Of a DNA stretch of 64,000 nt, positions 58,258-64,000 are shown piece after piece; position 1 is the stretch's first letter, and the number at the start of each line of letters is the position of its first letter. The position numbers and the translations under genes are program-made. This DNA comes from a virus. The DNA is taken from UHGV virus genome UHGV-0211472, one strand, 5' to 3'. A model generated the notes under the pieces. The model saw nothing but the letters and a program-made list of their open reading frames with translations. It was not told the origin of the DNA and did not search any database.

Positions 58258-60501
58258 ATGGCTAAGCAAAAATATAGTGAAGAGGTGTTGGACGAGTTAC
58301 GTGTTGACCTTCAACGTCGTTTTAATTATGCTCAAGGCTACGTAGACACAGCTGTTAAGGGCTATGCTCGTGAAGCTTGGGAATATTTCTATGGTAACTT
58401 ACCTGCACCAGTAACTGCTGGCAGCTCTAGTTGGGTAGATCGTACTGTTTGGGAATCTGTTAACGGTACATTGCAAGATATTATTAACGTATTCTGTTCT
58501 GGTGACGAAGCGGTTACTTTCGTAGCTGACAACCAACAGGATTCTGATGCTGCTGATGTAGCAACTAAACTAGTTAACCAAATTCTTCTGCGTGATAATC
58601 CGGGATATAATATTATCTCTTCTGCTGCACAAGAATGTCTGGTTACTCGTAACTCTTTTATCAAATATTATTGGGATGAGCAAACTTCTACTCAAACTGA
58701 AGAGGCTGAAGGTGTACCACCGGAAGCATTGGCTGCATATGTTCAGGGATTAGAAGCTGGTGGACTCAAGAATCTGGAAATCTTCACTGAAGAAAATGAA
58801 GATGGTACAGTAGATGTTAAAGTTACTTACGAACAAACTGTTAAACGTGTGAAAGTTGAATATGTTCCTTCAGAGCAAATCTTTGTTGATGAACATGCTA
58901 CCTCTTTTGCAGATGCACAATACTTCTGTCATCGTGTACGTCGTTCTAAAGAAGATCTGGTTGCTATGGGCTTCCCTAAAGATGAGATTGAAGCATTCAA
59001 CGACTGGACAGATACGATGGATACCACTCAATCTACAGTTGCTTGGTCTCGTACTGACTGGCGTCAGGATATTGATGCTGATATTGGCACAGATACCGAA
59101 GATATTGCTTCTATGGTTTGGGTTTATGAGCACTACATTCGTACAGGTGTTCTAGATAAGAATAAAGAGTCTAAACTCTATCAGGTTATTCAAGCTGGTG
59201 AGCATATCCTTCACACTGAAGAAGTAACTCACATTCCGTTTGTAACCTTCTGCCCATATCCTATTCCGGGTTCCTTCTATGGTCAATCGGTCTATGACAT
59301 TACGAAAGATATTCAAGATTTACGTACCGCGTTAGTTCGTGGTTATATCGATAACGTCAACAATGCTAACTATGGTCGATACAAAGCTCTTGTTGGTGCA
59401 TATGATCGTCGCTCTCTGCTTGATAACCGTCCCGGTGGAGTGGTTGAAATGGAACGTCAGGACGCTATTGACCTGTTCCCATACCATAACCTACCTCAAG
59501 GTATTGATGGCCTCCTAGGTATGTCTGAGGAGCTTAAAGAGACACGTACAGGTGTAACCAAACTAGGTATGGGTATCAACCCTGATGTGTTTAAGAATGA
59601 TAACGCTTATGCAACCGTAGGCTTGATGATGAATGCTGCACAGAACCGTCTCCGTATGGTATGTCGTAACATTGCTCACAATGGTATGGTTGAATTGATG
59701 CGTGGTATTTACAGCCTTATCAGAGAAAATGGTGAAGTTCCTATCGAGGTACAAACCCCTCGTGGTATGGTTCAGGTTAATCCGAAACAATTACCAGCTC
59801 GTCACAATCTTCAAGTTGTTGTAGCTATCTCCCCTAATGAGAAAGCAGAACGTGCACAGAAACTGATTAGCTTGAAACAGCTGATTGCAGCAGATGCACA
59901 GTTAGCACCTCTCTTTGGTTTGGAGCAAGACCGTTACATGACTGCACAGATCTTTGAGTTGATGGGTATTAAAGATACACATAAATACCTTCTGCCTCTG
60001 GAACAATATCAGCCTCCAGAACCTTCTCCGATGGAAATCCTCCAGCTCGAGATGACTAAAGCACAGGTTGAGAACGTACAGGCTTCTTCTCAGAAGATGA
60101 TTGCTGATGCATTCGACCAACGTGAACGTACTACATTCGAACAGCAGAAAGCTGCGGATGAATTAAGTCTGCGTCAGGAAGAGTTGCAGTTCAAGCAAGA
60201 AAATGCAGCAGATGCAATGACTCTGGAAAACCGTAAAGAAGATAACAATGCTACTCTGGAACAAGCTAAGCACAAGTTAGCTCTTATGCAACAGCAGGTC
60301 CGTCAGTATGAATCTGTACTAAAAGAGTTGCAGATGGTTATGTCTCATCAGGTTGACCAAGAGAAGCTTAATGAACAATCACGCATTCAAAACAAGACTT
60401 TGGAACTCCAAAAGAAAGAAGCTAATGTAACTAAGAAAGAGCAACAAACTTCTCTCAAAGATTCACGGATTCAAGGCAAACGTCTTGGAAGTAAAAAGTA
60501 A
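58258..60501 (+). CDS. Portal protein
   Basis: 747 aa directly after terminase; long C-terminal coiled-coil region. Confidence 0.65.
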   Translation: MAKQKYSEEVLDELRVDLQRRFNYAQGYVDTAVKGYAREAWEYFYGNLPAPVTAGSSSWVDRTVWESVNGTLQDIINVFCSGDEAVTFVADNQQDSDAADVATKLVNQILLRDNPGYNIISSAAQECLVTRNSFIKYYWDEQTSTQTEEAEGVPPEALAAYVQGLEAGGLKNLEIFTEENEDGTVDVKVTYEQTVKRVKVEYVPSEQIFVDEHATSFADAQYFCHRVRRSKEDLVAMGFPKDEIEAFNDWTDTMDTTQSTVAWSRTDWRQDIDADIGTDTEDIASMVWVYEHYIRTGVLDKNKESKLYQVIQAGEHILHTEEVTHIPFVTFCPYPIPGSFYGQSVYDITKDIQDLRTALVRGYIDNVNNANYGRYKALVGAYDRRSLLDNRPGGVVEMERQDAIDLFPYHNLPQGIDGLLGMSEELKETRTGVTKLGMGINPDVFKNDNAYATVGLMMNAAQNRLRMVCRNIAHNGMVELMRGIYSLIRENGEVPIEVQTPRGMVQVNPKQLPARHNLQVVVAISPNEKAERAQKLISLKQLIAADAQLAPLFGLEQDRYMTAQIFELMGIKDTHKYLLPLEQYQPPEPSPMEILQLEMTKAQVENVQASSQKMIADAFDQRERTTFEQQKAADELSLRQEELQFKQENAADAMTLENRKEDNNATLEQAKHKLALMQQQVRQYESVLKELQMVMSHQVDQEKLNEQSRIQNKTLELQKKEANVTKKEQQTSLKDSRIQGKRLGSKK

Positions 60502-60510
60502 GGACGTCGA

Positions 60511-60747
60511 ATGAACATTAGGCATCAATTCAATAAAGAGCACGCCGCCGCTTTGGCGGCTCTCAATCTTAACGGCAGTCTTGACGCAGCATTAGAGGCA
60601 TTGAAAGAAAGACTCATGACCGAGATAGTTCAAACTGAACCTCATGAGAATAAGAAACGCGAAGATTGTTATCAAAAGTATAAAATGGTGGGTAGCTTAA
60701 AAGAGGTCATAAAAGCTGCTATCAATAGTGCAGGAGATGTTTCATAA
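60511..60747 (+). CDS. Hypothetical protein
   Basis: 78 aa ORF between portal and scaffold. Confidence 0.35.
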   Translation: MNIRHQFNKEHAAALAALNLNGSLDAALEALKERLMTEIVQTEPHENKKREDCYQKYKMVGSLKEVIKAAINSAGDVS

Positions 60748-61823
60748 TGCCACAAGATAATTATATTGACCCGAACGATTTTAAATCTTTCCTCCAACTG
60801 GATGACCTGAAAGGTTCTTTCAAAGAAGAACTCGGTCGATTAGAATCTGAACAAGAGCCAGAAGTGGACATTGACGATGAGTTCCCGGAAAAAGACGGTG
60901 ACGATTTCGACTTTGATACCGACCTTCTCGGTGAAAGCGATGAGCTTAAGTTCGAAGATGAAGATGGTTGGGAAGATCATGATGAGGAAGGCGAAGTCGA
61001 AGAAGATGAAGATGAATCCTCTGAAGCAGAAGAGCAAGAGGAAGAAGATTCAAGTGATGCAGGGTATGAAGATGATTCTGCTGACGGTGAAGGTGAAGTC
61101 TTTGATGTAGACTACGAAACCGTTATCACCCTTCCTGATGGACGTGAGATGACTATTGAAGAACTTTCTAATGGCTATCTTACTGGTGCTGATATGACAG
61201 AACGAGAATCAACTCTTCAGCGTCATATGGAAGCATTTGAGGAACGTGTAGTAGGTTTGAAGGATGTATTAGAATTAGCGTCTTTAGAAGCAGACCGAGT
61301 AATTGAAGATTACAATGGTTTTGATTGGGACAAGCTTGCAGTAGAAGATCCTCAAGCATATGTTGAAAACAAACGTTTCCTAGAGAAGTACACAGCTCGT
61401 CGTAACCAGCTTGAACAGGCTCAAGTCCGTATTAAGCAGGAAGCAGCAGCTAAAGAGCAGGAAGCTTTCCAAGCCAAGAGTGTTGAGTGCGTTAATATTC
61501 TGAAACGTGAGATTCCAAATTGGGATGAAAACTTATATCAAAACTTAATGCAATATGCAATTGACTTAGGTGCTACTGAAGAAGAAATATTGAAGGAAAA
61601 CCGTCCGTCTATTTTCCTAGCTCTCCACAAAGCATACCAATTTGATAAAGGTAAGCAGCAGGTGATGGCTAAGATTAAACGTCCCGGTGCTCCACGCAAG
61701 GTTGTGAAGTCTGATGCTGCAAAGTCTCGTACTTCCAATAAGCCCGACAACGCTAAGGTTGCCAAGGCATTCGCAGAGGGTCGCGTTAGTCACGAAGACG
61801 CATTCAAATTCCTCGTAGATTAA
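60747..61823 (+). CDS. Scaffolding protein
   Basis: 358 aa, highly acidic Glu/Asp-rich N-terminus and helical C-terminus; between portal and capsid genes. Confidence 0.5.
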   Translation: MPQDNYIDPNDFKSFLQLDDLKGSFKEELGRLESEQEPEVDIDDEFPEKDGDDFDFDTDLLGESDELKFEDEDGWEDHDEEGEVEEDEDESSEAEEQEEEDSSDAGYEDDSADGEGEVFDVDYETVITLPDGREMTIEELSNGYLTGADMTERESTLQRHMEAFEERVVGLKDVLELASLEADRVIEDYNGFDWDKLAVEDPQAYVENKRFLEKYTARRNQLEQAQVRIKQEAAAKEQEAFQAKSVECVNILKREIPNWDENLYQNLMQYAIDLGATEEEILKENRPSIFLALHKAYQFDKGKQQVMAKIKRPGAPRKVVKSDAAKSRTSNKPDNAKVAKAFAEGRVSHEDAFKFLVD

Positions 61824-61863
61824 TCGACAAATTAATTATTAATAGTATAGGAGCTAATATAAC

Positions 61864-62925
61864 ATGGCTAGTCCAACTTTATTTGTATCGTATGACCAGA
61901 ATGGTAAAAAACTTTCTTTTGCTAACTGGATTTCTGTTCTGTCCCCTCAGGATACCCCGTTCGTATCTATGACCGGTAAAGAGTCTATCAACCAGACTAT
62001 CTTTAGCTGGCAGACCGATGCACTGGCAAGCGTTGACGGTAATAACGCACACGTCGAAGGCTCTCGTGCTGAAGACGGCGAAATGAAACCGACTGTTATC
62101 AAATCTAACGTTACTCAGATTCTGCGTAAGGTTGTTCGTGTTTCTGATACTGCTAACACCACCGCTAACTACGGTCGTGGTCGTGAACTGATGTATCAGC
62201 TGGAGAAGAAAGGTAAAGAGATCAAGCGTGACCTCGAGAAAATCCTTCTGTCCGGTCAGGCTCGTACCGACGTTCTGGCTGACCAGTACCTGACTAACTC
62301 TGCAACTGATCCTGCTGTTGTTGGTCTGAATGACACCCATACAGCTCGTAAGACTGGTGCATTCCAGTTCCTGTGTGCTCACGGTGGTCTGGCTGGTGGT
62401 GTTGTTGACAAGACCAAGAATGGTCCTGCTGACCCGGATACTGGTGCAATCACTGTTAAAGTTGCACAGAATGCTTCTAACCCGACCACTAACATTGGTT
62501 TCGACGAAGCTGATATCTTTGATATGACTCTGCAACTGTATACCGCTGGTTCTGAAGCAGATATCATCATGATTAACCCGGCTCATGCTAAGATCTTCGC
62601 TGGTCTGCAAGAAAATACTCAGGGTTCACGTAAGCGTATCTTTGAGAACACCAAGCAGTTCATCTACGAAGTTAACAGCATCACTGACCCGCTGGGCCAG
62701 AGCTACAAAATCATCGTTAACCGTTGGATGCCTACCGATGCAGTTTACTTCTTCCGTAGCGCTGACTGGACTCAGATGGTTCTGCGTGCTCCGAAACGTA
62801 CTGAACTGGCTAAAGATGGTTCTTATGAGAAATGGATGATTGAAATGGAAGTTGGTCTGCGTCACCGCAACCCGTATGCTTCCGGCGTTCTGTTCACTGC
62901 TGCGGGAAAGGTAGCGGCGGCGTAA
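61864..62925 (+). CDS. Major capsid protein (frame-0 product)
   Basis: 353 aa; position after scaffold; strongly biased codon choice (cgt, ctg, ggt, act) suggesting high expression. Confidence 0.65.
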   Translation: MASPTLFVSYDQNGKKLSFANWISVLSPQDTPFVSMTGKESINQTIFSWQTDALASVDGNNAHVEGSRAEDGEMKPTVIKSNVTQILRKVVRVSDTANTTANYGRGRELMYQLEKKGKEIKRDLEKILLSGQARTDVLADQYLTNSATDPAVVGLNDTHTARKTGAFQFLCAHGGLAGGVVDKTKNGPADPDTGAITVKVAQNASNPTTNIGFDEADIFDMTLQLYTAGSEADIIMINPAHAKIFAGLQENTQGSRKRIFENTKQFIYEVNSITDPLGQSYKIIVNRWMPTDAVYFFRSADWTQMVLRAPKRTELAKDGSYEKWMIEMEVGLRHRNPYASGVLFTAAGKVAAA

Positions 62926-64000
62926 CAGTAGATTCCGTAACTGTTAGTCCTTCGTCGGTTGCAAGCCTTCCGACGGGGGCTACTCAGCAGTTTACAGCTA
63001 CAGCAGAAATGAGTGACGGCTCCACAAGCACAACTGGATTTAATTGGTCCGTTGAAGGCGGTGGGGCTATTTCTGTTTCTGGGCTATACACTGCACCGAG
63101 TGCGTCGCAAGAAACCCCAGCAATTATTACGGCAACGAAGTCATCCAAGAAAGGGACGGCTACTGTTAATTCTATCTACGAACCAGCGACTATTGTATCA
63201 AAAGGTCCTATTACTGGTAAGATTGGTGGCAGCACTACAGCATTCACCACAATGTTTACAGCAACCAACTCAGCATTCTCTGATTATGAGTTTGAAATCA
63301 CTCCTCCGTCAGCAGGTTCTTTTAACCTGTCGGGTGTATTTGGTTTAGATGACAATGCATCTGGAACAGTGACTGTAAAAGCAACGCATAAAACTCAAAC
63401 CTCAGTTACTGCAACAGGGACAATCAGTGGTGTAATTCCTAAAGCTACTATCACAGGTAAGTCTCTTACCGGTAAGGTTGGTGGTGATGTGATTCCTTTT
63501 ACTGACATGTTTACTAGTAACAAACCAGCATCGGAATTTACTTACGCACTGACTCCTGATGGTGAAGTTGGTTCAATCAACACTACTACTGGTGCACTGA
63601 CTTTAGCACTGGCTCCTACAGATGAACTTATGAGTGTTAAAGCAACCCATAAAACACAAACTTCTGTAACAGCTACTGCTACAATTACAGCAACACCGAA
63701 GTTGACAGGTCTTGTCCTTTCTTCTGTGACTAACACCACGGTTACTGGAAGCCCTGCGGTTCCGGCTGAATCTGATACAATTACTATCACTGATTCAGGT
63801 GTTGCAGGTGTTGCTCGTGTAGATGGGGTTCCTCAAGGAGCTTTAACTGGAGCTTTGGCCTATGATGTAGAAGGTACAGATTCTTCATTGATGACAGTGG
63901 ATTTAACCAGCAATGTGTTAACTATCACCCTGTCAGCACCGATTACCAGTGAAGATACAAAAATTACCATCCGAACTAATCCGGGTTCTGATGTTTTCCG
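62904..64000 (+). CDS. Capsid protein C-terminal extension with Ig-like (Big_2-type) domains, reached by -1 frameshift; partial at window end
   Basis: Slippery heptamer G_GGA_AAG at 62904..62910; the -1 frame is open from 62844 to 64000 with no start codon before 63008 and encodes repeated VTV..S...L..G.T..FTAT units. Confidence 0.55.

Noticed and set aside
61879-62610. Track ORF 61879..62610 (-, 243 aa) antisense to the capsid gene
   Set aside because: Entirely antisense within a strongly codon-biased gene; no RBS; typical shadow ORF
63013-63348. Track ORF 63013..63348 (+, 111 aa)
   Set aside because: Lies in an alternative frame inside the long Ig-domain reading frame; hydrophobic/basic low-complexity translation typical of an off-frame artefact

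Overview
This window looks like most of a lytic tailed dsDNA phage genome with two opposed transcription blocks. The plus strand (1..15213 and 54963..64000) carries late and structural genes: GH24 lysozyme, tail fibre and Ig-like structural proteins, an SLT transglycosylase, Q/N/G-rich internal virion proteins, a ~1435 aa ejection-type protein, then terminase, portal, scaffold and major capsid protein. The minus strand (15500..53730) carries early and middle genes: a T7-like replication set (primase-helicase, split family A DNA polymerase, gp2.5-like SSB, 5'-3' exonuclease), nucleotide metabolism (dCTP deaminase, ThyX-like, thioredoxin-like, PhoH-like), three HNH endonucleases, a sigma-factor-like protein, a Dps-like protein, a CCA-adding-type nucleotidyltransferase and many small ORFs. 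The strongest non-routine signals are: (1) a group I intron splitting the primase-helicase gene; (2) a canonical -1 frameshift heptamer G_GGA_AAG at the end of the capsid gene leading into an Ig-like extension of at least 365 codons; (3) an ATP-grasp / class II glutamine amidotransferase / amidoligase / GGCT-like gene cluster whose amidotransferase can only expose its catalytic Cys if translation starts at ATT; (4) a T7-type DNA polymerase encoded as two genes 7 kb apart; (5) two large ORF-poor regions (50421..52024 and 53731..54962) full of short repeats. All calls are from reading the sequence and the ORF track; no database search was run, so product names are motif-based inferences.
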